Origin: Candidatus Gottesmanbacteria bacterium | GTDB lineage: Bacteria > Patescibacteriota > Microgenomatia > UBA10105 > UBA927 | Length of the DNA stretch: 64,000 bases | Assembly (NCBI GenBank): GCA_023245335.1 | Contig: JAHFKK010000001.1 | Coordinates: 235,282 to 299,281, forward strand | Reading direction: 5' to 3' | Shown here: positions 18,224 through 27,934 of the stretch, piece after piece | How positions within the stretch are numbered: the stretch's first letter is position 1 | Layout: every line of letters begins with the position of its first letter | Notes under the pieces: generated by a model | The model's input: only the letters and a program-made list of their open reading frames with translations | Databases searched by the model: none | Told to the model about the DNA's origin: nothing | Position numbers and translations under genes: made by a program

Positions 18224-18898
18224 TTATTTTTCGCTAATCTTATAACCAAAACCTCTTACAGTTTTTATCAAAGCACTTGCGTTTGCTTTTCCGTCAATCT
18301 TTTTTCGGAGGTGGTTAATATACACCTCAACAAAGTTAGGTATTACTTCGGCATTATAATCCCACACTTGACTCATAATCTGGTCTTTTGTGAGTATTTT
18401 GTCTTTGTGTCTCATGAGATATTCCAGCAAGGCATATTCTTTCCCAGAAAGTTCAATAACTTTCCCCGTACGTTTTACTTCAAATGTATTCGTATCTAGC
18501 GTAAGATCTCCAACTTTTAAAACATTTGAAATAGTATTGAGAGGTCGTCTAGTCAAAGCGCGAATTCTGGCAAGAAGTTCTGCAAATGCAAATGGTTTAG
18601 CGAGATAGTCATCAGCCCCAGCATCGAGTCCTGACACTCGATCCTCAAGCTCATTTTTTGCTGTCAACATGATAATTGGAGTGTGGATGTGTTTTTCTCG
18701 AAGTTTCTTACTTACTACTGTTCCCTCCATCTGAGGGAGCATACGATCAAGAATAATGAGATCGTATTTCGTCATTTCAGCATAGCCATACCCTTCAGCT
18801 CCATCGTAAACAATATCAACGACGTGTGACTCATGTTCCAGTCCTTGTTTTATTGCTGCTGCAAGTTTATGGTCATCTTCTACAACTAGAATTCTCAT
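18224..18898 (-). CDS. OmpR/PhoB-family response regulator
   Basis: RILVVEDD, LDRMLP, GADDYLAKPF, winged-helix TVRGFGY. Confidence 0.96.
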   Translation of the reverse strand: MRILVVEDDHKLAAAIKQGLEHESHVVDIVYDGAEGYGYAEMTKYDLIILDRMLPQMEGTVVSKKLREKHIHTPIIMLTAKNELEDRVSGLDAGADDYLAKPFAFAELLARIRALTRRPLNTISNVLKVGDLTLDTNTFEVKRTGKVIELSGKEYALLEYLMRHKDKILTKDQIMSQVWDYNAEVIPNFVEVYINHLRKKIDGKANASALIKTVRGFGYKISEK

Positions 18899-18905
18899 AC
18901 CTTAT

Positions 18906-18938
18906 ATTATATTGATTTCAGCTTAAATTAACCTTAAT
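18906..18938 (-). promoter_or_regulatory. OmpR-family tandem box plus -10 (autoregulatory, CiaR-like)
   Basis: ATTAAG-GTTAA-TTTAAG, 10 nt, TATAAT, 7 nt, ATG of the regulator. Confidence 0.78.
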
Positions 18939-19189
18939 GGTTTTGCGCTACGTAAACACACGATTTATGCTGATTTTGCCTCAATAATCGGTGATTTATG
19001 GATAACTATATGAAAATACGTCATTTGGTTCTCACACAGTCCTTTTTATAGTGTCTTATTTGTCTCATTTTTGATAAAATTAGCCTGGAGTTGCCTTTTG
19101 GAGTGAGACAGTATTATAAGGACAGTTGGGTTCCAGACCCAGGTGTTCCGCAGGAGGTCTTTGGTTACTCCAGGGCGCATCTACGGAAT

Positions 19190-19738
19190 CTATTTTTTTC
19201 GAGACAAAAAACGATTGGTAGTATAGATCGTATTTGCGTCGTTTTGCTTATTGCTCACTAGGTAAAAATCAGTAAAAACTAACTCCTTACAATTGGAAAG
19301 CTCATCAATAACTGCTTGCTGATAATCTTTTGGCACGAACCAAACCACCTTTGTATATGGTGTCGCCACGGTATTATCTCCAACTCTATTTCTGACAAAC
19401 GCTACGAGTTCTTTTGTCTGTTCCAGTCCAAACTCAATTGCAATATGCTCAGTTCCAGGCATTGTTACCTCGTCTTTTACAAAAGTTTTTTTAGCACGCA
19501 ACTTGACGGGAAGGAACAGTCCCAAATCGTATAAAAGATCAAGCTCTTCTCGAACATCGCGGATTGAGGCGTCACGTATAAACGTGAGAGTTAAGTGTCT
19601 AAAAATATCATATCTTAAGTTAGGATTTGGTTTGTTACTATATTTTTTTTCCAGAGCATCAAAATATCCTTCTTGTTCTTGAGAGAGTCGACCAAATATT
19701 CCAAGAACTTTTATTGTATTTGATGATAGTTCAAGCAT
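19190..19738 (-). CDS. hypothetical protein, possible divergent 2H phosphoesterase fold
   Basis: HLTL motif near the N-terminus; the expected second HxT position reads PYTK. Confidence 0.55.
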   Translation of the reverse strand: MLELSSNTIKVLGIFGRLSQEQEGYFDALEKKYSNKPNPNLRYDIFRHLTLTFIRDASIRDVREELDLLYDLGLFLPVKLRAKKTFVKDEVTMPGTEHIAIEFGLEQTKELVAFVRNRVGDNTVATPYTKVVWFVPKDYQQAVIDELSNCKELVFTDFYLVSNKQNDANTIYTTNRFLSRKK

Positions 19739-19777
19739 GGGTATATTATTTAATTTCTATTTTAGCAGATATTTATT

Positions 19778-19840
19778 TAGTAGAGCCGAACGAGGTTCCA
19801 GACCTAGCTACCTCAGAGTTGCAAAGATTTTCGCCCTCTA
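19778..19840 (-). pseudogene. possible degenerate tRNA-Ala(TGC) remnant
   Basis: Minus strand reads TAGAG-GGCG...TTTGCAA...AGGT...AGG-TCTGGAA-CCT...CGGCTCTACTA, echoing tRNA-Ala landmarks; stems broken. Confidence 0.35.
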
Positions 19841-21151
19841 TAATATTTCCAAAAAGTTTTGCGTTAGGGCTGAATAGACGCTGAGGATGTGGTTGATGTT
19901 GGCGGACGTCGTAGCGGACGTTGGTAAAGGTGTGGGGGTATTAGACACGGGGGTAGGAGTCGAAGCGCTTCCGGGTGTTGGTGTTGGAGCAGAGGTGTCG
20001 GGTGTCGGTGTCGGTGCGGGCGCAGACGAACTGCTAAAAACGACGCTCGGATTGTGGTTATTGGGGTCGGTTACTGTAAATGAACTTGTTGTGTCTTGTA
20101 CGGTTAACGCGACCGTACCCGCTGCTGCTGAAGTCACCGTGAAGCTCCCCTGTCCGTTTTGAACCAGAAACACCGCAGGTGAAGCGCCTCCGTTTATCTG
20201 TGTTCCAGAATCTCCGGAGTTTAAGGATACTCGTATCGAGTCGGAAGACACCGGATTTTTATTACAATCGCGGATGGCGACCGCAAATGTCACGGTGGAG
20301 CTAGAAGCGGCAGATACGGGAGAGGCCGGATACACGTCGGAATACCAGGAGTTGGGTGTGCCGCCCGAAGTAGTGCAGTTGGCGTTACCGGAACTGTTGT
20401 TGCCGAAGGTGATGCTTGGGTTGTGGTATCCGGGAGTGGTAACGGGGAAATTCTGGTTCGTATCGGTTATGAGAAACGTGTCTGTGCCGGCAGTTTGGGA
20501 TGTCACCGTAAATGATGCCTTGCCGTTTTGGGCCTGAATAGTTACCGGCAGGGACTGACCGTTTGCTTTCGCCGTTTGGTCACCTGTTTGCTGGGTGATC
20601 CGGAGGTTGTCATTTGAAGCAAGGTTGTTGTTGCAGTCGCGGAGTTCGATCGTGATGGTGACTGTGGAGCCAACCTGTGCAGTACTTGACGATAGATAGA
20701 CCTGTGAGTTGGTTGAGGTCGCAGTGCCGGGGCAGGGTAGAGTTGTTGATGAAGAAACGGTGAAGGGGGGAGGCGTCGGATACGGCAGCATGGTCGGCAA
20801 CGCCGCCGGAAGCGGATAGGACAGTGGTGTAAACGACGTGTCGCCCGCTCCGTTATTGCCGACGGAATAATCAGATGTGCCTAAAACGTTTATGTCGGGA
20901 GGAGTTGCGGCAAGAGTCGGCAGTGTGATACCTGATCCGGTGGCATTGTGGACGTCGTACGGAGTAGCTTTTTTGCTTGTTTCAATTTGGGCGAGTATCT
21001 GGTTTCGTGCCTTTGTTGCCAGGATACCAAATCCAGTCAGGGAAAATGCGAGGATGCATGAGACCGCTATAAGAATCTTATGTCTAACAACGAGTGAAAC
21101 TATTTGATTTCTCGCTTGAGATAAACGCTGGAAGTTTGGCATACTGACCAT
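19838..21151 (-). CDS. membrane-anchored surface protein with two invasin/intimin-like Ig (Big) domains and Pro/Thr-rich linkers
   Basis: Repeats IELRDCNNN...QNGKASFTVTS...HNPSITF and VAIRDCNKN...QNGQGSFTVTS...HNPSVVF; PTPTP tail; start chosen at MVSMPN. Confidence 0.8.
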   Translation of the reverse strand: MVSMPNFQRLSQARNQIVSLVVRHKILIAVSCILAFSLTGFGILATKARNQILAQIETSKKATPYDVHNATGSGITLPTLAATPPDINVLGTSDYSVGNNGAGDTSFTPLSYPLPAALPTMLPYPTPPPFTVSSSTTLPCPGTATSTNSQVYLSSSTAQVGSTVTITIELRDCNNNLASNDNLRITQQTGDQTAKANGQSLPVTIQAQNGKASFTVTSQTAGTDTFLITDTNQNFPVTTPGYHNPSITFGNNSSGNANCTTSGGTPNSWYSDVYPASPVSAASSSTVTFAVAIRDCNKNPVSSDSIRVSLNSGDSGTQINGGASPAVFLVQNGQGSFTVTSAAAGTVALTVQDTTSSFTVTDPNNHNPSVVFSSSSAPAPTPTPDTSAPTPTPGSASTPTPVSNTPTPLPTSATTSANINHILSVYSALTQNFLEIL

Positions 21152-21287
21152 TGCGGTGAAAAGTATACCACTCTGGTTAGATTTTGATACCTCAAACGAT
21201 AGGTAGTCACCGCAGTAGGATATGGAACCAATCGAGATTTGATATATAATACTCAAACGAGCGGAATGGGAGCTCCACATACTACAT

Positions 21288-22142
21288 ATGCAAATTGCAG
21301 TTGCTGATCAGCGCATGCTCATACTCGCAACACAATTGTCCGCAGACGACGCGAAGAAAAAAGCATGGGAGAAAAAGACCGTCGCGTTTGATGCCATAAG
21401 TCAGGTCACGAGTCTTTTTTCCCGTCCCAAAGACGAAGATTTCGAACTCCTCTACAGTGAATTCCGATATCAGCCCTTTTGGCATGTGTTAGCACACGCG
21501 AAATATGTGTACGATCGCAGTAATACCTACCAGGTCGCGACCAATGCGCCCGAAGTACAAACGGTGACGTTTCAGAAAACAGACTACGAGGTGACCAACG
21601 GTCATGTTCATATTGCCGTCTTGGAGCACTGTCACGAAGAGGAGCAATATGAAGTATTTGTCGACGGGCTCACCGGCAAAGTGCTTGATGACCTTAAGAG
21701 ATATAAGAGTTTTTCTACCATCGTCGTGAAAGGCGCGCCGGAGAAGCAGGCGCCCAAAGGAGCAATTTTTGTCCCGCCGCAGGCACGAGTATCCGGTATC
21801 ATGCGTGAAGCACTGTCCAAGATGATCAAAAGCATTCAGGCAGATACGATTCTCACGGAAGACGTCAACGTGCCGAGTGTCGATCTCTATTACCGTCCGG
21901 TCTATGCCTTTCAGTATCGATGGAAGACCAAGGGAAAAGACGCGATTGTCGAAATAGACGGCGTGACGGGTGAGGTACGAAATGGCCTGCGGATATTTAA
22001 AGAATATTTCGGCAAGGTCGTGGATCGTAATTTCTTATTTGATATCGGGGCAGATGCCGCTGGAATTTTTATCCCCGGCGGAAGTATTGCCGTCAAGGTC
22101 GCTAAACGCTATATCGACAGCAAAAAAACGAAAAATAAGTAA
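21288..22142 (+). CDS. conserved hypothetical protein
   Basis: 284 aa ORF with an internal repeat (Y.PFW...VDGLTG / YRPVY...IDGVTG). Confidence 0.75.
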   Translation: MQIAVADQRMLILATQLSADDAKKKAWEKKTVAFDAISQVTSLFSRPKDEDFELLYSEFRYQPFWHVLAHAKYVYDRSNTYQVATNAPEVQTVTFQKTDYEVTNGHVHIAVLEHCHEEEQYEVFVDGLTGKVLDDLKRYKSFSTIVVKGAPEKQAPKGAIFVPPQARVSGIMREALSKMIKSIQADTILTEDVNVPSVDLYYRPVYAFQYRWKTKGKDAIVEIDGVTGEVRNGLRIFKEYFGKVVDRNFLFDIGADAAGIFIPGGSIAVKVAKRYIDSKKTKNK

Positions 22143-22147
22143 GCCCT

Positions 22148-22621
22148 ATGATTACCTGTACATTTGAAAACGGAGGTGCGGCAAGTCTGCGGCACGTCGT
22201 TGTCCATGCGATCGTAGAAAAAGACAAAAAACTTCTCCTGGTGAAGCGGGCACGAACCCTTTCTCTTGAAGGGGGTAAATGGGCGTTGCCCGGCGGATTT
22301 CTGGGCCGCGATGAAACGGCGGCACAAGGAGCACTCCGTGAATTAAAAGAAGAAACCGGCTGGGAGGGAGAGAGTGCCGAAGTGTTTCTTATCAAGACAA
22401 ATCCTGACCGCCCGCACGAAGACCGGCAGAATGTCGCATTTAACTTCATAATTACACCTACGATTCAAACGGGAGTGAGAGATTCGGAATCAACTGAAGT
22501 TGCTTGGATTTCTTTCGATGCGCTTCCCTCTTTGGATTCATTTGCGTTTGATCACGGTGAAGCAATCAGTATGTATATGAAGCATCGAAAATCCCCGATG
22601 CCGCTCCCTATTGTCGTTTGA
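22148..22621 (+). CDS. NUDIX hydrolase (ADP-ribose pyrophosphatase-like)
   Basis: WALPGGFLGRDETAAQGALRELKEETG and AFDH motifs. Confidence 0.92.
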   Translation: MITCTFENGGAASLRHVVVHAIVEKDKKLLLVKRARTLSLEGGKWALPGGFLGRDETAAQGALRELKEETGWEGESAEVFLIKTNPDRPHEDRQNVAFNFIITPTIQTGVRDSESTEVAWISFDALPSLDSFAFDHGEAISMYMKHRKSPMPLPIVV

Positions 22622-22668
22622 ATAGACCGTACGGACGTTTCGTGATATTCTTCGGCTGGCGAAATCAT

Positions 22669-24471
22669 ATGAGTGATATAGAGGAAATCAAGTCACGACT
22701 AAGCATTGTCGACATCGTCGGTGAGCGCGTGACGCTCAAAAAAGCCGGGCGAAATTTCAAAGGTCTGTGTCCGTTCCATACGGAAAAAACTCCGTCGTTT
22801 ATCGTTTCTCCTGACCGGCAGACATTCCATTGTTTCGGGTGCGGGAAGGGCGGATCTATCTTTGATTTCGTCATGCTTTTCGATCATGTGGACTTCCCGG
22901 AGGCCCTCGAGACACTTGCCGAGCGGGCGGGAGTGAAGTTGGAGCGTCGTCCCACGGATACACCGGAAGCCAAACTCCGCCAAAAAATACTTGAAGTCAA
23001 TCATCTGACGAGTGAGTACTACCATTATCTATTGACGAAGCACAAAGTGGGAGAACATGCCCGGCGGTACCTCAAAGGCCGCGGAGTGAGCGACAAATCC
23101 ATCGAAACATTTAGTTTGGGATACAGTCCGAACGATTGGGATGGATTGTCGACGTACCTAAGGAAAAAAGGATATGAGGACCGCTTGTTGGAAACTGCGG
23201 GATTGGTCATCCCAGGAAGTCGCGGGGTGTATGATCGCTTTCGGGGACGAGTGATGTTTACCCTTAAAGATCATCGCGGAAACGTTGTCGGATTTTCCGG
23301 TCGGGTCTTTGACCCCCCTTCGCACAATGCTTCGGAGGGGCAGGTGCAAGCAAAGTATATTAATACTTCGGAAACTCCGGTCTATATCAAGGGCAAAGTT
23401 CTCTATGCACTTGACGTCACGAAAGATGCGATACAGAAGGCAAACGAAGTAATTGTCATGGAGGGCGAGCTGGATGTCATTTCTTCTTTTCAGGCGGGGA
23501 TTTCAAACGTCGTTGCCATCAAAGGATCCGCGGTAACGGAGGATCATGCTCGGCTTCTCCGGCGGTTTACCGAGCGGTTGGTATTTGCGCTCGACAGTGA
23601 TCTTGCGGGTGATGCCGCCGCACGGCGGGGCATAGAGATAGCAGAGAAAAACGGATTTGATATGCGGGTCGTCACTATGCCGAGCGGCAAGGATCCTGAT
23701 GAGGCGGCCCGGGAAAACCCGGGACTTCTCAAAAAAGCAGTCAAAGATGCCGCGCCCATATATGATTATTTTTTGTCATCTGCGGTCAAGCGGTTTGATG
23801 TCGCGACATCGTTCGGAAAGAAAAAAATATCAGAGGAGTTTTTGCCGGTATTGGCAAAGATAGAGAACCCCATTGTCCTTGGCCACTACGTCCGGGAACT
23901 AGCGACAATGTTGTCTCTTTCGGAAGACTCGGTACAGGACGCACTAACGAAGCTTCGTTCTTCGAAAGGAAGGTCCCTTACTGAGGCCGCCCCGGATTTG
24001 CCCGGGGAGGCGAAACTGACGAGATTGGAACGGGCAGAGTTATATCTGTTGTCGCTTGTCCTCCAGGGGAAGACAGTGAAGCTTTTTGAGGACCTTTGTA
24101 TTGCAATTCCTCTTACTAATTTCCACTATTTGCCGGTTAAAGCAATAACCGAGCGGTTAGGGAAATTTTTGCCGGATCACAAGACGTTTCTGGCGAAAGA
24201 CTTTGCTGATACGCTCCCTCCGGAGTTGCTCCCGGTGTTTGACCAGGCGTTTTTGTGGGACATTTCGAGCTTTTTAGAGGATGACGAACGGTTTTCCCGA
24301 GAGTGGGGCAAGGCGACTTATGAGGTCAAACGGCTGGGTTTGCGGGGCCGCATGGAGGATATCGCGGCTAAATTGCATGATTCCACACTCACCAACGACC
24401 AATACAGTACGCTTCAGGAAGAGATGCGGGAGCTGACGACTGCGCTTTCCAGTCTAGAAAAAGGCCGTTAA
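22669..24471 (+). CDS. dnaG: DNA primase
   Basis: Zn finger CPFH.EKTPSF...HCFGC, DRFRGR, KYINT, TOPRIM EGELD and D.D.AG; followed by rpoD. Confidence 0.98.
   Translation: MSDIEEIKSRLSIVDIVGERVTLKKAGRNFKGLCPFHTEKTPSFIVSPDRQTFHCFGCGKGGSIFDFVMLFDHVDFPEALETLAERAGVKLERRPTDTPEAKLRQKILEVNHLTSEYYHYLLTKHKVGEHARRYLKGRGVSDKSIETFSLGYSPNDWDGLSTYLRKKGYEDRLLETAGLVIPGSRGVYDRFRGRVMFTLKDHRGNVVGFSGRVFDPPSHNASEGQVQAKYINTSETPVYIKGKVLYALDVTKDAIQKANEVIVMEGELDVISSFQAGISNVVAIKGSAVTEDHARLLRRFTERLVFALDSDLAGDAAARRGIEIAEKNGFDMRVVTMPSGKDPDEAARENPGLLKKAVKDAAPIYDYFLSSAVKRFDVATSFGKKKISEEFLPVLAKIENPIVLGHYVRELATMLSLSEDSVQDALTKLRSSKGRSLTEAAPDLPGEAKLTRLERAELYLLSLVLQGKTVKLFEDLCIAIPLTNFHYLPVKAITERLGKFLPDHKTFLAKDFADTLPPELLPVFDQAFLWDISSFLEDDERFSREWGKATYEVKRLGLRGRMEDIAAKLHDSTLTNDQYSTLQEEMRELTTALSSLEKGR
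23313..23344 (+). repeat. palindromic element in frame within dnaG
   Basis: ccccccttcg-cacaatg-cttcggagggg-cagg encoding PPSHNASEGQ; shares end motifs with 52238-52281. Confidence 0.7.
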
Positions 24472-24534
24472 ATACGCTAGAATAGCCCTAAGCGAAGTCC
24501 ATTTGTCCACATCGATACCTGTTGCTGGCTCAAT

Positions 24535-24568
24535 CGCCCGCAACGCCTGAGCGTAGCGATGGCGGGCG
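24535..24568 (+). repeat. REP-like palindrome in the rpoD 5' UTR
   Basis: cgcccgc-aacgcctgagcgtagcgatg-gcgggcg, ending just upstream of the GGAGG RBS. Confidence 0.6.
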
Positions 24569-24586
24569 GGGATTCTCGGAGGATAT

Positions 24587-25678
24587 ATGCAAAAATCCAA
24601 AAAATCGGAGGGTGGTGCCGTCAACCTCATTAAACAAGGTAAGTCAAACGGATTTGTCACACAAGAAGACATTCTGACCTTGTTTCCCAAACCGGAAGAT
24701 CACATTGTAGACCTCGATCATTTGTATGACCAGCTTATCCGAAGCGGTGTAGACGTCTTTGAGACGACGAGTGCGGATATCGAGCAGGAAGCGCGGAAAA
24801 GTATTGCGGATCTCGAGAAGGAGATAGAGGCGCTGGTGCGTGCAAGCGATGAGGGTATTTCCGATCCGGTCCGCATGTACCTAAAAGAAATCGGACGCAT
24901 ACCGCTTCTTACCTTTGCAGACGAAATCAGCCTCGCTAAGCGTTATGAAAAAGGGGACCGCAGAGCGAAAAAGAAACTCATTGAATCAAATCTTAGATTG
25001 GTTGTCTCTATCGCAAAGAAATACATCGGTCGGGGTATGAGTCTTCTCGATCTTATCCAAGAAGGAAACCAGGGACTTATCCGGGCCGTCGAAAAATACG
25101 ATTGGCGCAAAGGCTATAAGTTCAGCACCTACGCCACATGGTGGATCCGGCAGGCGATCACCCGCGCCATTGCAGATCAGGCCCGCACGATCCGTATCCC
25201 TGTTCATATGGTTGAGACGATTAATCGGTTTGCCCGCATAAGCCGGAGGCTCATGCAGGACCTAGGACGGGAGCCGATGCCGGAAGAAATCGCGAAAGCG
25301 ATGGAAGTAGACGTCGTTAAAGTCCGGGAGATTATGAAAGTGTCTCAGGAACCGACCAGTCTGGAAACGCCGGTTGGTGACGAAGAGGATTCTCATCTCG
25401 GGGATTTCATCTCAGACCCGGGTCCGACCCCGTACGATCAGACATCACGGCAGCTTCTCAAGGAACATATGGAAGAAGTGCTCGCAACGCTTTCTGATCG
25501 GGAGAAAAAAGTCTTGATTTTGCGTTTCGGTTTGGAAGACGGCAGACCCAGAACGCTCGAGGAAGTCGGCGCACAATTCGGTGTCACCCGGGAGCGCATC
25601 CGGCAGATTGAAGCCAAGGCCCTCCGTAAATTACGGCATCCCAGCCGCAGTAAGAAGTTGAAAGATTACCTCGAATAA
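24587..25678 (+). CDS. rpoD: primary sigma factor RpoD/SigA
   Basis: [54 protein letters not shown] and [17 protein letters not shown]. Confidence 0.98.
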   Translation: MQKSKKSEGGAVNLIKQGKSNGFVTQEDILTLFPKPEDHIVDLDHLYDQLIRSGVDVFETTSADIEQEARKSIADLEKEIEALVRASDEGISDPVRMYLKEIGRIPLLTFADEISLAKRYEKGDRRAKKKLIESNLRLVVSIAKKYIGRGMSLLDLIQEGNQGLIRAVEKYDWRKGYKFSTYATWWIRQAITRAIADQARTIRIPVHMVETINRFARISRRLMQDLGREPMPEEIAKAMEVDVVKVREIMKVSQEPTSLETPVGDEEDSHLGDFISDPGPTPYDQTSRQLLKEHMEEVLATLSDREKKVLILRFGLEDGRPRTLEEVGAQFGVTRERIRQIEAKALRKLRHPSRSKKLKDYLE

Positions 25679-25808
25679 TATCCACTGACCGTTCAGAGGA
25701 AATGAATTATTGAATACATGAGGAGTGTGAATTCTCCTACAACGACGACTGATAACGGTGCCACCATTACCATAACTCGGCAAACGAAGAGACGAAGAGT
25801 ATAAATTA

Positions 25809-25841
25809 CCCAGCCCCTCGTGAGGGGCTGGGTTTTGTTTT
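25809..25841 (+). terminator. intrinsic terminator between convergent rpoD and typA
   Basis: cccagcccctc-gt-gaggggctggg followed by ttttgtttt. Confidence 0.85.
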
Positions 25842-25921
25842 CAGCCCGAATACGTTATGGACACACCCATGTAGTGATATCTCACATGAAACAAGGAAAG
25901 GGGATGTGGGGATCGTTCTAT

Positions 25922-27751
25922 TTATTTGCTTCCACGATCAGCGCGGACGCGATTTACTTTTGAGAGATGAAGCTTCCGGAGTCGCAGATTAAGAGGTGTA
26001 ATTTCCAGAAGTTCATCATCCTCTATAAAGTCCAAACATTGTTCCAAGCTAAGGGTAATAGGCGGATCCAGTTGGATGGCGACATCCGCATTTGCCGAAT
26101 GGATGTTCGTCAGTTTTTTGATTTTACAGACGTTGATGTCGATATCTTCTGTTTTGTTATTGAGGCCGATAATCATACCCTCATAGATGGGCACGCCCGG
26201 CCCGATCAATGCTTTGCCCCGTTCCTGGACTGTCGTCAGGGCGTACCCTGTTGATTTGCCTGTTTCGAGTGAAATGAGGACGCCGTTACGGACCTTGTCC
26301 TTTTTCGGTGTCAAAGGGAAGTATCCTATGATCCGGGTTGCGATGATGCCGCTTCCGCGGGTTTTGGTTTGGATTTCTCCCCGGAACCCCAAGAGATTTC
26401 TTGTTGAGATTTTGTATAACATCTTCGTAACCCCTTTATCGTTGGTGCGGGTATCAATGAGCTCTCCGTGGCGTTTGCCCATTTCTTCCGTAATGATGCC
26501 TATAAGCGATGATTCAAGTTCTACCGTGAGTTCTTCATATGGTTCTGAAAGTACACCATCTATGGTTTTGAGAATGACCTCCGGTTTACCGACCTGGCAT
26601 TCAAATCCTTCACGGCGCATTGTTTCCAAGAGGACAGCGATATGAAGTTCACCTCTTCCGGAAACCAAAAAACCATTACTCGTCGGACTCGGTTCTATTT
26701 TTAGTCCAATGTTGGTCTGGATTTCGCGTGAGAGCCGATCGGCAAGCTGTGTCGGCGTACCGAATTTGGATTCCTTGCCGGCGAAAGGCGATGTGTTCGG
26801 ACCGACTAATACTTTGAGTGTGGGTTCCTCTATTTCCATATGGGGAAATCCCGTCGGGTCCGTGGGGTCAGCAAGGGTTTGTCCTATAGAAAGAGCGTCG
26901 CTTCCGGTAATGGCGATAATGTCACCGGTTGTTGCCTGGTCGGCGGGAACACGTTTCAGCCCAACGCTTGTGGATACTTCTTCGACGCGGAATGTTCCGC
27001 GCGGTGTGTGCTCATCCAAAATAACGAGCGTGTCGCCTTTTTTGACGCTTCCCTGACTCACCTTGCCGATGGCAAATTTCCCCTTGTGGGACTCAAAGTC
27101 CAGTGTGGTGATAAGCATTTTAAATGGTTTATCCAGATCTCCTTGCGGAGCAGGGATGTGCTTCAAAATTGCGGTAAACAGCGGTTCCAGGTTTCCAGGC
27201 TCATCGGGGGATTGTGGGAGATGATCCCAGACTTTTTCGTCCCGGCCAATAGCATAAAGAATAGGGAAGTTCAAATGATCTTCATGGTGGGCTAAATGTA
27301 AAAAAAGCTCTTCAATTTCGTGGAGAACCTCTTGGGGTCTCGCATCTTTGCGGTCGATTTTATTGATGACCACGATGACGGGAAGATTATGCTCCATGGC
27401 TTTTTGTAACACAAAATAAGTTTGTGGAAGCGGCCCCTCGGCGGCGTCAACGATGAGGAGCGCGCCGTCAGCCATATTGATGACCCGTTCGACCTCTCCG
27501 GAGAAGTCCGCATGTCCCGGGGTATCAATGATGTTGATTTTGGTTTTGTGATACATGACCGAGGTATTTTTGGCGAGTATTGTGATGCCCTTTTCCCGTT
27601 CAAGATCATTACTGTCGAGAATAGTGCTTTGTTGCATCGCAGCCTCGTTTTCGCGGAACGTATGCGTCTGTTTAAGCATGCCGTCCACGAGAGTGGTTTT
27701 ACCATGATCCACGTGCGCGATTATCGCGATATTTCGTATATCGATATTCAT
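25922..27751 (-). CDS. typA: translational GTPase TypA/BipA
   Basis: [47 protein letters not shown]. Confidence 0.98.
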   Translation of the reverse strand: MNIDIRNIAIIAHVDHGKTTLVDGMLKQTHTFRENEAAMQQSTILDSNDLEREKGITILAKNTSVMYHKTKINIIDTPGHADFSGEVERVINMADGALLIVDAAEGPLPQTYFVLQKAMEHNLPVIVVINKIDRKDARPQEVLHEIEELFLHLAHHEDHLNFPILYAIGRDEKVWDHLPQSPDEPGNLEPLFTAILKHIPAPQGDLDKPFKMLITTLDFESHKGKFAIGKVSQGSVKKGDTLVILDEHTPRGTFRVEEVSTSVGLKRVPADQATTGDIIAITGSDALSIGQTLADPTDPTGFPHMEIEEPTLKVLVGPNTSPFAGKESKFGTPTQLADRLSREIQTNIGLKIEPSPTSNGFLVSGRGELHIAVLLETMRREGFECQVGKPEVILKTIDGVLSEPYEELTVELESSLIGIITEEMGKRHGELIDTRTNDKGVTKMLYKISTRNLLGFRGEIQTKTRGSGIIATRIIGYFPLTPKKDKVRNGVLISLETGKSTGYALTTVQERGKALIGPGVPIYEGMIIGLNNKTEDIDINVCKIKKLTNIHSANADVAIQLDPPITLSLEQCLDFIEDDELLEITPLNLRLRKLHLSKVNRVRADRGSK

Positions 27752-27934
27752 ATATCTCTATTGGGGTTCGTCAACGGAGTGATCGGGCAAGGAACCAAAT
27801 GAGGACCCACCTGCAACACGGCCATTACGAATACCATAGTATACCAGGAATGAGGCTAACTGGTCAATGTAGACTATAGGATTGTATTCGTCTCTCTTTG
27901 CATACATCCGACGATATTGTATTATGGAATACAT

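Larger units (their letters stand above)
13682..19184. mobile_element. putative decayed genomic island at the 3' end of tRNA-Ser(GGA)
   Basis: Imperfect 39-bp direct repeat (32/39 identical) at 13682-13720 and 19146-19184; interior visibly AT-richer; no integrase. Confidence 0.6.

Noticed and set aside
19920-20020. ggtgt-rich tandem repeats
   Set aside because: These are simply codons of the Pro/Thr linker
25680-25920. 6S RNA or other ncRNA after rpoD
   Set aside because: No long irregular hairpin with a central bubble could be built by eye
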